Part shown: in pieces, positions 55,876-64,000 of the stretch
How positions within the stretch are numbered: position 1 is the first letter of the stretch
How the letters are laid out: each line of letters begins with the position of its first letter
IMG/VR virus record: IMGVR_UViG_3300044608_000911
Direction: 5' to 3' (one strand)
Length of the DNA stretch: 64,000 nt
Source of the DNA: an uncultured virus (IMG/VR IMGVR_UViG_3300044608_000911)
Lineage: Duplodnaviria; Heunggongvirae; Uroviricota; Caudoviricetes
Notes under the pieces: model-generated
Seen by the model: the letters and a program-made list of their open reading frames with translations, nothing else
Databases searched by the model: none
Told to the model about the DNA's origin: nothing
Program-made: the position numbers and the translations under genes

Positions 55876-56561
55876 ACGAATTTACCTTTGTAATTATAAT
55901 GCTTGCTCAAATCATATCCAAATTTATTGGTATGTATAATTGGTTCCTTACCAGTAAAATTGTGGTATATCATTTTCATTATATCATAATAATACCAATG
56001 ATGTGGAGCAAGATATTGGGGAGAAGCACAAATATAAATGTAATCAAAATCGTACTCAGTTATCACTAGATTTTCTTTTAAGATTGGATTATAGTTCCAT
56101 TCCAATTTCACTAGCGATTGATCCAACTGAGTTGAATTGTTATTGCCCACCCAGACATAGCTATTTAATTTTTTGTTCTTTATCAACCAAAGAATCCAAT
56201 CTGCTTGAGAAACAATATCATATTGAATTACTTCAGTATATTGTTCTGGTACATAACAAATATCATGATGTTGATCTATGTTCAATATCTGTATTGGTTC
56301 TTCTACAGATTGAAGATCATAAAGAATGCTGTCGTGCTCTCTACCAAAAGAAACATTATCGCAATTTTTTATTGCTTTTGTGAAGACATCTAGAACAAAC
56401 AACCAATTATCAATATTTACATTGAAATGTTCTTCTTGATAATAAGTATTGTTGTAGAATTCTCCCCATCTTTTATCAGTAAAATCATTATAATAATGAT
56501 TATCAACCAACTTGGCATAGTTGGTTGAAATATAATCTAAATCAATTGTCAATACATTCAT
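55872..56561 (-). CDS. arginase/deacetylase-fold (UPF0489-like) protein
   Basis: LTIDLDY, H, NIDQHHD and C.SP.Y metal-ligand motifs; AT-rich. Confidence 0.6.
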   Translation of the reverse strand: MNVLTIDLDYISTNYAKLVDNHYYNDFTDKRWGEFYNNTYYQEEHFNVNIDNWLFVLDVFTKAIKNCDNVSFGREHDSILYDLQSVEEPIQILNIDQHHDICYVPEQYTEVIQYDIVSQADWILWLIKNKKLNSYVWVGNNNSTQLDQSLVKLEWNYNPILKENLVITEYDFDYIYICASPQYLAPHHWYYYDIMKMIYHNFTGKEPIIHTNKFGYDLSKHYNYKGKFV

Positions 56562-56812
56562 ACTAACATCAATTTAGCACGACTTGTTTTCTTGATGAAG
56601 TTAAGTTGCTGTGCCTCATGACGGAGTTTTTCCTTTAGAGGTTTGCTAATCAACTTACCTACACTATCTAGTTCAATTTCATTTGTCTCGCAATAGTGGA
56701 TAACCGAATCAATATAATTCATATCTGGATTGTTGAGAGCAATCTTCTCCACTTCCTGCGAGAATTTCGCAGCTGTCATAAATCTATCCTCTAATAATTG
56801 TTTTTTCTCCAT
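56558..56812 (-). CDS. gp33: gp33 late transcription coactivator
   Basis: F...VE...YID..I.YC......ISKPLKEK...EA..LN. Confidence 0.9.
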   Translation of the reverse strand: MEKKQLLEDRFMTAAKFSQEVEKIALNNPDMNYIDSVIHYCETNEIELDSVGKLISKPLKEKLRHEAQQLNFIKKTSRAKLMLV

Positions 56813-57479
56813 ATCGTTCCTGGTATTCTGAAATGTAACTCATCAGTTTGATGAAAAATTCTTTCTTAGGTGGAAGCACCTTGACTTGAGTTTCTCCATT
56901 TTCACAAGCAACGATTGTCACGAGTTGTTTTACTCGCAAACCATATAGTTCTTGAAGCATACAAGCATATGCTGTTTCCTGAACAAAGTAATCGTAAAGG
57001 TATTGTTCTCGCTTTGGTTCTGCTGCTGTTTTAAAATCAATAATAGATAATTCACCATCAAACTCAGCGATACAATCAACACGACCTGCTAACTCAAGAT
57101 GTTTAGAGTACAGGGCGGCTTCCTGAAGGTATATGTTATTTATCCTATCAAGAACATCGCGACTGTGCTGAAACATTAACACAGGTAAAGGAAACTTACT
57201 ATATTTTTTGAGGTCTAGATTGTTATTTAAATAATCTTCTACGATAGAATGGTATTTTGTTCCACGACTGGTGGAACGAGAAGAAATATTATTTGCTTTC
57301 TCCTCGCCCACACGTTCTCGCCAACGAGCAATACCAGCCATCTTTTCACGATTGCTACTAATCACGGTGGTGACTGACGCAAACTGACCTTCTGGTGTTG
57401 GATAAAGGCGTTTGCCCTCTACCGTTACGGCATCCAATTCAATTGGCGTCAGACCACCAACATGATTAAATAACTTCAT
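56784..57479 (-). CDS. PD-(D/E)XK exonuclease
   Basis: SVTTV; RGT..H; AGRVDC; IIDFKT; Q..AY. Confidence 0.9.
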   Translation of the reverse strand: MKLFNHVGGLTPIELDAVTVEGKRLYPTPEGQFASVTTVISSNREKMAGIARWRERVGEEKANNISSRSTSRGTKYHSIVEDYLNNNLDLKKYSKFPLPVLMFQHSRDVLDRINNIYLQEAALYSKHLELAGRVDCIAEFDGELSIIDFKTAAEPKREQYLYDYFVQETAYACMLQELYGLRVKQLVTIVACENGETQVKVLPPKKEFFIKLMSYISEYQERYGEKTIIRG

Positions 57480-58231
57480 AGACCAAGATTGATTTTGTTA
57501 ATAATATAAGACTTGACAAGACCAGAACGAACGATATCTTCAATACCAAATTCAACAAGAGAAAACTCAGGCATCCTCTGAAGAATACGTTGGAAATCTA
57601 GGATACCAGAACGCTCGCTGATCTTTACAAGGTCTGTTTGTGAGGCATCGCCACAGAAAACAATCCTTGTATCTTGTCCTACACGGGTAATTATACTATC
57701 AAGTTCGTGAAAATTCAAGTTCTGACACTCATCAATAATCACGATCGAATTATCGAGGGTGGTGCCGCGAATGAAACTTGTGCTCCAGAACGAGATAGTT
57801 TCTTGCTGCTTGAGATTATCATACAGCATATCGTATGAGTTATCATCAGGCATCTCAAACATGGACTGAACCATGTTCTTGTATGGGATTTGATACAGAG
57901 AAGATTTATCTTCATGGTCGCCAGGAAGAAATCCAATCTCTCGTGTAGCTACGAGAGAACGAACAATATAAATCTTTTCGTATGGTGTGTATTCATTCAG
58001 CACATCTTTAAGTGCTTTGTACAGGGCAATAAAAGTTTTACCTGTACCTGCCACACCATAAGCATAGAGCATCTGTCCCGTGTCCCACTCATCAAAAAAC
58101 AATTGTTGATTGTGAGTAAGTGGTTCAATCGGGATCATGTAAGCTTCATCAATAGGCTTACGACGCTTCTTCTGCTTGGCGCTCATACCTTGTCCAGGTG
58201 CTTTATGAACGGTCTTTTTACGTACTGGCAT
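57476..58231 (-). CDS. phoH: PhoH-family ATPase
   Basis: G.AGTGKT; IGFLPG; RG.T....IIDECQN; GD..Q.D; DIVRS. Confidence 0.95.
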   Translation of the reverse strand: MPVRKKTVHKAPGQGMSAKQKKRRKPIDEAYMIPIEPLTHNQQLFFDEWDTGQMLYAYGVAGTGKTFIALYKALKDVLNEYTPYEKIYIVRSLVATREIGFLPGDHEDKSSLYQIPYKNMVQSMFEMPDDNSYDMLYDNLKQQETISFWSTSFIRGTTLDNSIVIIDECQNLNFHELDSIITRVGQDTRIVFCGDASQTDLVKISERSGILDFQRILQRMPEFSLVEFGIEDIVRSGLVKSYIINKINLGL

Positions 58232-58232
58232 A

Positions 58233-58496
58233 TCAGTTATATTTGTCGTGAATAGTTCGGTTGCGAGGAGCATGTGCTCCAATTTTATTCTTGATGATGT
58301 CATGGAAACCAGGATGAGATTTTCTCATCTTGTCACGCCAATCACCAACCTCTCCAGATCCAGGAAGAGTAGATGGATCACTCCAATCTCTCTCCCAATC
58401 TGGATTATCTTTCTTCCACTGATCCCAGTCATGAATACTGAGCACAACCTCTTTCTGTTCGCCAGTTTGTTTATTTACTACAGGATACGTAGGCAT
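58233..58496 (-). CDS. conserved hypothetical protein (MPTYP...)
   Basis: Typical small gene between thyX and phoH. Confidence 0.75.
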   Translation of the reverse strand: MPTYPVVNKQTGEQKEVVLSIHDWDQWKKDNPDWERDWSDPSTLPGSGEVGDWRDKMRKSHPGFHDIIKNKIGAHAPRNRTIHDKYN

Positions 58497-59146
58497 CAAA
58501 TCCACTCCAAAGCTTCAGCACAAATAGGGAATTGTTCAACAAAGACTTGCTTACATGCGTTAGCAATATCCATATGTTCTTTTTGAGTACCATGGGCACT
58601 CCTAAGATCTATATAGTGGATCCATGAACGTACAGATCCCGTCATATAGATGCGTGTGGGCGTCGCTAAGGGCAGTACAAAGCGAGCACACTCCTTTGCT
58701 ACCCCCGCTTCCAACATCCTCTTGTAGAGGTTGTTAGAGTGCTCGAATAGTTCAGCAATCTCTGCTTGGAACTTGAGTTTTACATAATCACCAAGATCAT
58801 CAGTAGAATTCTGACGGTTCTTGGTATCCTGGCGGCGAAGATCGGGAATGGGGATACGTTCTGTAATCAAGTTTGTATCAGCATAACGCTGAGAAAACTC
58901 TTGAAATGTAAATGAACGGTGACGCAGGATCTGAGCTGCGATACCGCGATTAGTTTCAATCTCCAGAGACATGTGTGCCTGCTCAAATACTGACCAGTGG
59001 TTATGCTTGATACAGTACTTGAGCAGACCTGCGACGTTAGGGTTCTCCTGGTTCTGAGGATTGCTCACCCTCGCCACGTACCCCATCGTCTGTTCCGCCT
59101 GTGGCGTCACTGACACTAGTTTGACTTGTCCATGTTGTTGATTCAT
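58496..59146 (-). CDS. thyX: flavin-dependent thymidylate synthase
   Basis: HWSVFE; QILRHRSFTFQEFSQRY; ARFVLP; TQKEH. Confidence 0.97.
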   Translation of the reverse strand: MNQQHGQVKLVSVTPQAEQTMGYVARVSNPQNQENPNVAGLLKYCIKHNHWSVFEQAHMSLEIETNRGIAAQILRHRSFTFQEFSQRYADTNLITERIPIPDLRRQDTKNRQNSTDDLGDYVKLKFQAEIAELFEHSNNLYKRMLEAGVAKECARFVLPLATPTRIYMTGSVRSWIHYIDLRSAHGTQKEHMDIANACKQVFVEQFPICAEALEWI

Positions 59147-59312
59147 TCTTAAATCCTTTACCTAATCTTTCACGTTTGCGTTGGAGATCTATTCTTGCCT
59201 GACGAAGTGCTCTCTTCATATAAACGATCTCCTCATCAGTATACAGCATCGGGTTCTTTTCCGCAAGCTTTATTGCTTTCTTTGCTGCTTTGATTGTGTC
59301 CTTTATTCTCAT
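59037..59312 (-). CDS. basic hypothetical protein
   Basis: ORF track; P.LY..EEI.YM...KGF. Confidence 0.6.
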   Translation of the reverse strand: MRIKDTIKAAKKAIKLAEKNPMLYTDEEIVYMKRALRQARIDLQRKRERLGKGFKNESTTWTSQTSVSDATGGTDDGVRGEGEQSSEPGEP

Positions 59313-59539
59313 TCAAAAGCCTCCTGATACTTTTTAAACTCTTCTCTAATTTGTTGATCTACCACGTTCAAGGAACCCAAATCAAATTGGTATCCTTGAC
59401 TAATAATGTAGTCACAGAATTCGTAGACATCTTTTGTTAAAGGTATCTTCATCCTGACAAACCCACTTAAAACAAAACTTCTCTTTTGGAAGTTATCGTC
59501 TTTATATCTCCAATCGGAATTAATCGGGGTAACCATCAT
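59309..59539 (-). CDS. hypothetical protein
   Basis: ORF track; start moved to MMVTP; DWRY...YEFCD. Confidence 0.65.
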   Translation of the reverse strand: MMVTPINSDWRYKDDNFQKRSFVLSGFVRMKIPLTKDVYEFCDYIISQGYQFDLGSLNVVDQQIREEFKKYQEAFE

Positions 59540-59681
59540 CGTCGTTGTCCTCGTGAGAATAGATTTTGTCTGAACTAGGACCTGCTTTATAAGCATCCAC
59601 ATCAGAATATATTTCTGATTCTAACGATTCCACCAGGAGTTTCAAGTTTCTAACTATAAGTTTTAATCTTTCCTTGTCCAT
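59520..59681 (-). CDS. hypothetical protein, 53 aa (MDKERLKLIVRNL...DDGYPD)
   Basis: Hand-translated; TATAAT upstream. Confidence 0.7.
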   Translation of the reverse strand: MDKERLKLIVRNLKLLVESLESEIYSDVDAYKAGPSSDKIYSHEDNDDDGYPD

Positions 59682-59713
59682 GGTAGCATAACGCACACTA
59701 CTAATTATAACAT

Positions 59714-59741
59714 AAAAAAAGGGGAGGTGTGAACCTCCCCC
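59714..59741 (-). terminator. intrinsic terminator
   Basis: GGGGAGG-N6-CCTCCCC-T7. Confidence 0.8.
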
Positions 59742-59771
59742 CTCACTTCCTTCACACGGAAGTATATTCTA

Positions 59772-59858
59772 TCACATTTTCATTGCCATGGCAAGCTGTG
59801 CTTGCTGAAGTCTTTTCTGCTTTTGAATTTTCTTGCGGATCACATCTAACCAGTTCAT
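59772..59858 (-). CDS. 28-aa basic peptide (MNWLDVIRKKIQKQKRLQQAQLAMAMKM)
   Basis: AAGGAGGT RBS; ATGA-coupled to the DUF4278 ORF. Confidence 0.7.
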   Translation of the reverse strand: MNWLDVIRKKIQKQKRLQQAQLAMAMKM

Positions 59859-60016
59859 TGTGTTACCTCCTTATTATTGTTACAAGGACGGTAAGCAACA
59901 CCGCGATAGGTGTTGTTTGGATGTGCTGGCGCATGAGTTTGTGAATACCAGTGCTGATATTCTTGCTTAGGGATGTCAGTATTATACTTACATCCACGAT
60001 AGGTTGCTTGTGACAT
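59855..60016 (-). CDS. DUF4278-like peptide, 53 aa
   Basis: Two TYRG motifs (MSQATYRGCKY...NTYRGVAY); AAGGAG RBS; directly downstream of the riboswitch. Confidence 0.8.
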   Translation of the reverse strand: MSQATYRGCKYNTDIPKQEYQHWYSQTHAPAHPNNTYRGVAYRPCNNNKEVTQ

Positions 60017-60048
60017 TAGGTTTGCTCCTTTACGGTTAGGTATTGGTG

Positions 60049-60274
60049 CGTTCCTTCAGTCGGCTTTTGCGTCTATCTTACACTCTTTCTTTGTTATCTG
60101 TTTGATCTCCCAGACAATATCATTCTTCTGTTGAAGTGATAAAGCTGGGTGTGTGTTTACCCTTCCCATAATAAAATTTGCTTGTAAGCATGTCAATAAG
60201 AGTGCTTCCATAGATGAACGATCCGTTCCGAGTCGGCTTACTTCCGTTCGCTATTCGCAAATAGCGAATGAACG
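60049..60274 (-). ncRNA. tandem glutamine riboswitch (glnA/Downstream-peptide family)
   Basis: Aptamer 1 (60224-60274): CGTTCA-P2-ACGGAAGTAAGCCGACTC-GGAACG. Aptamer 2 (60049-60220): CGTTCATCTAT...ATAGACGCAAAAGCCGACTGAAGGAACG. Confidence 0.8.
60056..60211 (-). CDS. 51-aa ORF nested in aptamer 2 (MEALLLTC...DAKAD)
   Basis: Hand-translated open frame spanning the P2 loop. Confidence 0.55.
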   Translation of the reverse strand: MEALLLTCLQANFIMGRVNTHPALSLQQKNDIVWEIKQITKKECKIDAKAD

Positions 60275-60282
60275 TACTAATA

Positions 60283-60315
60283 ATTATACTACAATATTTG
60301 TAAAATCAGATACAA
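60283..60315 (-). promoter_or_regulatory. promoter -10 TATAAT with NtcA box
   Basis: TATAAT at 60283-60288; TTGTA-N8-TACAA at 60298-60315. Confidence 0.75.
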
Positions 60316-60327
60316 TTTAATATAAAT

Positions 60328-60609
60328 TTAACCACCAACTAAATAAAACGCATTTTTTCTAGCGCGACAAACTTTTTTAATATTGACATTATATTTTGGT
60401 TGAGGATCCGTTACCAATTTTTTTACAAATGCCCAGGCATCTTGATATTTGACAAATTTAAAAACATCATCATATGTTTTTGCTGATACCATAATTCCAT
60501 CACTACGAATCAATTTCATCGTATTCCAAACTGTAGGTTCATCTTTTTTGGAATATTGAACGCACCAAATACCTCTCGGATCTGATTTTAATTCTAGTTC
60601 TGTAGTCAT
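60328..60609 (-). CDS. hypothetical protein
   Basis: ORF track; coupled. Confidence 0.7.
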   Translation of the reverse strand: MTTELELKSDPRGIWCVQYSKKDEPTVWNTMKLIRSDGIMVSAKTYDDVFKFVKYQDAWAFVKKLVTDPQPKYNVNIKKVCRARKNAFYLVGG

Positions 60610-60854
60610 TTTTTCTTTCCTTTAGATCCCCATAGTTTGGGATTAACACGACCTTCGGTTTGCTTAAAACCAATAAGACCTTCTCTATATCTATCCCAAT
60701 AATAATCAAAAATATCTGACTTCTTATTACAGATTACAATATCGTAATTGTATTGATCATCATCATCGTACTTCACGATATACGAATTGTATGGAAGAGT
60801 TCTATCTTCTGCCAATTTTGGATCACAGTTTTGATGAATGATTTGAATATTCAA
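60606..60854 (-). CDS. conserved hypothetical protein
   Basis: IFDYY.D.Y...G..NPKLW. Confidence 0.75.
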   Translation of the reverse strand: MNIQIIHQNCDPKLAEDRTLPYNSYIVKYDDDDQYNYDIVICNKKSDIFDYYWDRYREGLIGFKQTEGRVNPKLWGSKGKKK

Positions 60855-61279
60855 CTTCTATTTCCCCATTGAATTTGTGGAAAAGCTTCTTCGACACACT
60901 GTTTAGTAATCTTCCAACGCTTGCCGATCTTTTTGTCTTTCATAAGACATAATACCTCAGCCTCTCCCTTCTGTAAACCCTCAAGTAACTGAACGAAAAG
61001 CATTTCACGACGGCTCTGAGAGATCTGTGCTCCACCTTTGAAGAAAAGATAGAGCTTTCGATACTCATGAACTAAGACAGTGTGTTCTGTCTCCTCTGGT
61101 GCTTCGTTGGGGGTATATGGAACATCACCTTCTGGGAGCATTGATACAACACTCTCATCAAAATTAGCAATCAGAATTTGTCTGAGTGCTGGAGTATTAT
61201 GTTCCTGTAGAAGTTTAATCTTTTCTGCCTTTGTCTTGGCATTGCTTACTTTTTGTAGCACTTCATGTAATAATAGCAT
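60851..61279 (-). CDS. conserved T4-like hypothetical protein
   Basis: LPEG.VPY...RE.LF.QLLEGL. Confidence 0.8.
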   Translation of the reverse strand: MLLLHEVLQKVSNAKTKAEKIKLLQEHNTPALRQILIANFDESVVSMLPEGDVPYTPNEAPEETEHTVLVHEYRKLYLFFKGGAQISQSRREMLFVQLLEGLQKGEAEVLCLMKDKKIGKRWKITKQCVEEAFPQIQWGNRS

Positions 61280-61305
61280 AACTTAATAATATATCGTAAG
61301 GGTAT

Positions 61306-61536
61306 TTAGTCGTCGTAATCTTCGTCGTCTTCATCAACAAATCTTACGGATAATAGTTCTTCGTTGATAAGGTAACCATCTCCATCAAGCATTTCTGGAT
61401 GTACATTTTGTTCTTCCATCTTGCCGTACATAAACTCATGTACTTTTTCGTTTGCTGTCCATCCAGCAATGATCCCAACACACAGAAAGATAAATGAAAC
61501 TGTTGCTGAGAAATAAACTACCGTTGATTCTACCAT
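61306..61536 (-). CDS. single-TM conserved hypothetical protein
   Basis: TM helix, then HPEM.D.DG. Confidence 0.75.
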   Translation of the reverse strand: MVESTVVYFSATVSFIFLCVGIIAGWTANEKVHEFMYGKMEEQNVHPEMLDGDGYLINEELLSVRFVDEDDEDYDD

Positions 61537-61551
61537 TGTTCAACTCCGAAC

Positions 61552-61716
61552 TTAATTTTTTTCTTCCCACCAAAGTTCCAAGTTGAAGTAGACTCTTCGT
61601 TTCAATAGGGAGAAAACTTTACTAACAAAAAAACCTTTATTTGGTTTCTTTTCTTCCTTCGGTCTCTCCCCCCTAAGCATGAGTTCGACACCTCTATTTA
61701 TTTTCAAATCTTTCAT
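61552..61716 (-). CDS. hypothetical protein, 54 aa (MKDLKINRGVELMLR...)
   Basis: Hand-translated; ATGA-coupled. Confidence 0.6.
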   Translation of the reverse strand: MKDLKINRGVELMLRGERPKEEKKPNKGFFVSKVFSLLKRRVYFNLELWWEEKN

Positions 61717-61934
61717 AATAATTGCTTCTCGGTCAAATATTTAATTAATGCTGGGGCTCCTCCAATAAATTCATCATCAATCACAACAGATGGATATTCT
61801 TTTCCTGGATATAGTTTATTGAATTCATCAAGATTAGATGTATCAACTTCCCATGATAGATTTGCTTTTTTTAACGCATGAAGAATTAAGTTACAATAAA
61901 CACAATCGTCTAATCCGTATATTTTAATGTTCAT
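61713..61934 (-). CDS. glutaredoxin
   Basis: CVYC; YP.VVID..FIGG. Confidence 0.85.
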   Translation of the reverse strand: MNIKIYGLDDCVYCNLILHALKKANLSWEVDTSNLDEFNKLYPGKEYPSVVIDDEFIGGAPALIKYLTEKQLL

Positions 61935-62191
61935 TTTTTAGGTGAAGAAACCAATCCCTTCTGTAAGAACAACTTAGCTACCTCAACCAATCCACCAATT
62001 TGTTCTCCATCAATAACAACAAAAGGATATCCAATTACATTTGGATACATGTCTCTAAATACATCTCGTGAAAATTGATTTTCTTTGTCTCCAACGATTA
62101 CTTCTTCATATTCAACGTTTGCTCGTTGGAATAGTTCTTTGAGGGTTGTACAATACTTACATCCAGTAGTTGTAAAAGCTTTTATTTCCAT
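61931..62191 (-). CDS. nrdC: glutaredoxin (NrdC-like)
   Basis: CKYC; YPFVVIDG..IGG. Confidence 0.85.
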   Translation of the reverse strand: MEIKAFTTTGCKYCTTLKELFQRANVEYEEVIVGDKENQFSRDVFRDMYPNVIGYPFVVIDGEQIGGLVEVAKLFLQKGLVSSPKK

Positions 62192-62215
62192 AAAAAAGAG
62201 GGTCTTTCGACCCCC
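62191..62215 (-). terminator. intrinsic terminator after psbD
   Basis: GGGTC-GAAA-GACCC hairpin, then TCTTTTTT. Confidence 0.7.
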
Positions 62216-62221
62216 ATTATA

Positions 62222-63283
62222 TCACAGAGCATTACCTCTTGGCAACACCTCTTCTGGGAACACAAAGTTCTCGTGAGGTTGATCTACTGGAGCCATCCAA
62301 GCACGAAGACCTTCATTCAGAAGAATGTTCTTGGTGTAGAAGGTTTCAAACTCAGGATCTTCTGCTGCTCTAATCTCCTGACTTACAAAATCGTAAGCAC
62401 GAAGGTTAAGAGCAAGGCCAATAATACCAATAGAGGATGTCCATAGACCCATAACAGGTACAAATAGCATAAAGAAATGAAGCCAACGCTTATTAGAGAA
62501 AGCAATGCCAAAGATCTGAGACCAAAAACGGTTAGCCGTGACCATCGAATAGGTCTCTTCCTCTTGTGTTGGTTCAAATGCTTTGAAAGTGTTTGCTTGT
62601 TCACTATCTTCATATAGGGTATTCTCCACAGTAGCACCATGAATAGCACAGAGCAGTGCTCCTCCCAATATACCAGCAACTCCCATCATATGAAAGGGGT
62701 TGAGGGTCCAGTTGTGGAAACCCTGAAGAAACAGAAGGAACCTAAAGATAGCAGCAACACCAAATGAAGGTGCGAAGAACCAACTGGATTGTCCCAGTGG
62801 ATACATCAAGAATACACTGACAAACACAGCGATAGGACCAGAGAATGCGATTGCGTTATAGGGTCTGATACCTACCAGACGGGCAATCTCAAACTGACGA
62901 AGCATGAAACCTATAAGAGCGAAGGCTCCATGGAGCGCCACAAAAGGCCAGAGTCCCCCAAGTTGGCACCAGCGGACGAAATCCCCCTGAGACTCAGGAC
63001 CCCAAAGTAGAAGAAGAGAATGACCCATAGCGTCAGCAGGCGTTGACACAGCTGCTGTAAGGAAATTAGCACCCTCAAGATAACTAGACGCCAACCCGTG
63101 GGTGTACCAGCTTGTAACAAACGTCGTGCCAGTAAGCCAACCACCAAGGGCAAGATAAGCAGTGGGAAAAAGTAATAGTCCAGACCAACCCACAAATACA
63201 AAGCGATCTCGTTTAAGCCAGTCATCCAGGACATCGAACCATCCTCGTTGTTTAATTGGTTGTGAAAGTGTAGATGAAACCAT
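62222..63283 (-). CDS. psbD: photosystem II D2 protein
   Basis: [22 protein letters not shown]...[19 protein letters not shown]. Confidence 0.99.
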   Translation of the reverse strand: MVSSTLSQPIKQRGWFDVLDDWLKRDRFVFVGWSGLLLFPTAYLALGGWLTGTTFVTSWYTHGLASSYLEGANFLTAAVSTPADAMGHSLLLLWGPESQGDFVRWCQLGGLWPFVALHGAFALIGFMLRQFEIARLVGIRPYNAIAFSGPIAVFVSVFLMYPLGQSSWFFAPSFGVAAIFRFLLFLQGFHNWTLNPFHMMGVAGILGGALLCAIHGATVENTLYEDSEQANTFKAFEPTQEEETYSMVTANRFWSQIFGIAFSNKRWLHFFMLFVPVMGLWTSSIGIIGLALNLRAYDFVSQEIRAAEDPEFETFYTKNILLNEGLRAWMAPVDQPHENFVFPEEVLPRGNAL

Positions 63284-63297
63284 TATACCTCCTGATT

Positions 63298-63319
63298 AAA
63301 AAAGGGGTCCGAAGACCCC
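63298..63319 (-). terminator. intrinsic terminator after psbA
   Basis: GGGGTC-TTCG-GACCCC-T6. Confidence 0.8.
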
Positions 63320-63341
63320 CTCGAAGTTTATTTTATCCGAT

Positions 63342-64000
63342 TCAACCGATAGCAGGTGCGGTGAGAGCAACAGGAGTTGCTTCAGCAGCAGCAAGATCGA
63401 GAGGGAAGTTGTGAGCATTACGCTCGTGCATCACTTCCATACCAAGACCAGCGCGGTTCAGAACATCTGCCCAAGTGTTGAGCACACGACCTTCAGAACT
63501 CATGATGCTCTGGTTGAAGTTGAAACCGTTGAGGTTGAATGCCATGGTGCTAACACCAAGAGCAGTGAACCAGATACCAACTACAGGCCAAGCAGCAAGG
63601 AAGAAGTGAAGTGAACGGGAGTTGTTGAACGAAGCGTATTGGAAGATCAGACGACCAAAGTAACCGTGAGCAGCAACAATGTTATAAGTCTCTTCTTCTT
63701 GACCGAACTTATAACCGTAGTTCTGAGATTCTACTTCTGTCGTTTCACGAACGAGTGAAGAAGTAACCAGAGATCCATGCATAGCAGAGAAAAGAGAACC
63801 ACCGAATACACCAGCAACGCCAAGCATGTGGAAGGGGTGCATGAGGATATTATGTTCCGCCTGGAAAACAAGCATGTAGTTAAATGTGCCTGAAATTCCA
63901 AGAGGCATGGCATCAGAGAAGGAACCTTGTCCAAATGGATAGACGAGGAACACTGCAGAAGCAGCAGCAACGGGTGCGCTGTAGGCAACACAAATCCAAG
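63342..64000 (-). CDS. psbA: photosystem II D1 protein, 3' part (5' end outside the window)
   Basis: WICVAYSAP...[19 protein letters not shown]...[13 protein letters not shown]. Confidence 0.99.
   Translation of the reverse strand, partial: WICVAYSAPVAAASAVFLVYPFGQGSFSDAMPLGISGTFNYMLVFQAEHNILMHPFHMLGVAGVFGGSLFSAMHGSLVTSSLVRETTEVESQNYGYKFGQEEETYNIVAAHGYFGRLIFQYASFNNSRSLHFFLAAWPVVGIWFTALGVSTMAFNLNGFNFNQSIMSSEGRVLNTWADVLNRAGLGMEVMHERNAHNFPLDLAAAEATPVALTAPAIG

Noticed and set aside
56784..57479. Cas4-like nuclease as evidence of a CRISPR system
   Set aside because: It is the standard T4-like exonuclease between phoH and gp33; no array is nearby.
63342..64000. Possible group I intron or homing endonuclease in or after psbA
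   Set aside because: The visible psbA frame is continuous and the psbA-psbD gap is only 58 nt.
1..64000. Stop-codon reassignment suggested by the large tRNA set
   Set aside because: No suppressor anticodon among the 17 tRNAs, and core genes are intact in the standard code and end in TAA, TAG or TGA.

Overview
A 64-kb segment of a T4-like cyanomyovirus (Synechococcus/Cyanobium-type host inferred from psbA, psbD, cpeT and cp12). Almost everything is on the minus strand. 1-13.9 kb: small early-type ORFs, an RlpA-like transglycosylase, an adjacent PD-(D/E)XK nuclease and DNA methyltransferase, an SF2 helicase and a ParB-like protein. 13.9-37.2 kb: late tail-fibre module with four 2OG-Fe(II) oxygenases, collar/fibre proteins and a 4244-aa virion protein. 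37.3-40.4 kb: 17 tRNAs, three CCA-ended non-tRNA structured elements and cpeT. 41-54.5 kb: baseplate/tail module (gp5, cp12, tape-measure-like protein, gp51, gp26, gp4, gp2, gp48, gp53). 54.5-64 kb: gp32, gp33, phoH, thyX, a glutamine-riboswitch/DUF4278 locus, two glutaredoxins, psbD and the 3' part of psbA. Top leads: (1) the giant virion protein carries tandem phycobiliprotein-like repeats that keep both bilin-attachment Cys motifs and lies about 2 kb from a T-type bilin lyase, suggesting a bilin-decorated virion; (2) a candidate -1 programmed frameshift fusing gp26 to gp51; (3) an NtcA box plus tandem glutamine riboswitch with an ORF nested inside the second aptamer. All calls were made by eye from motifs; no searches were run.
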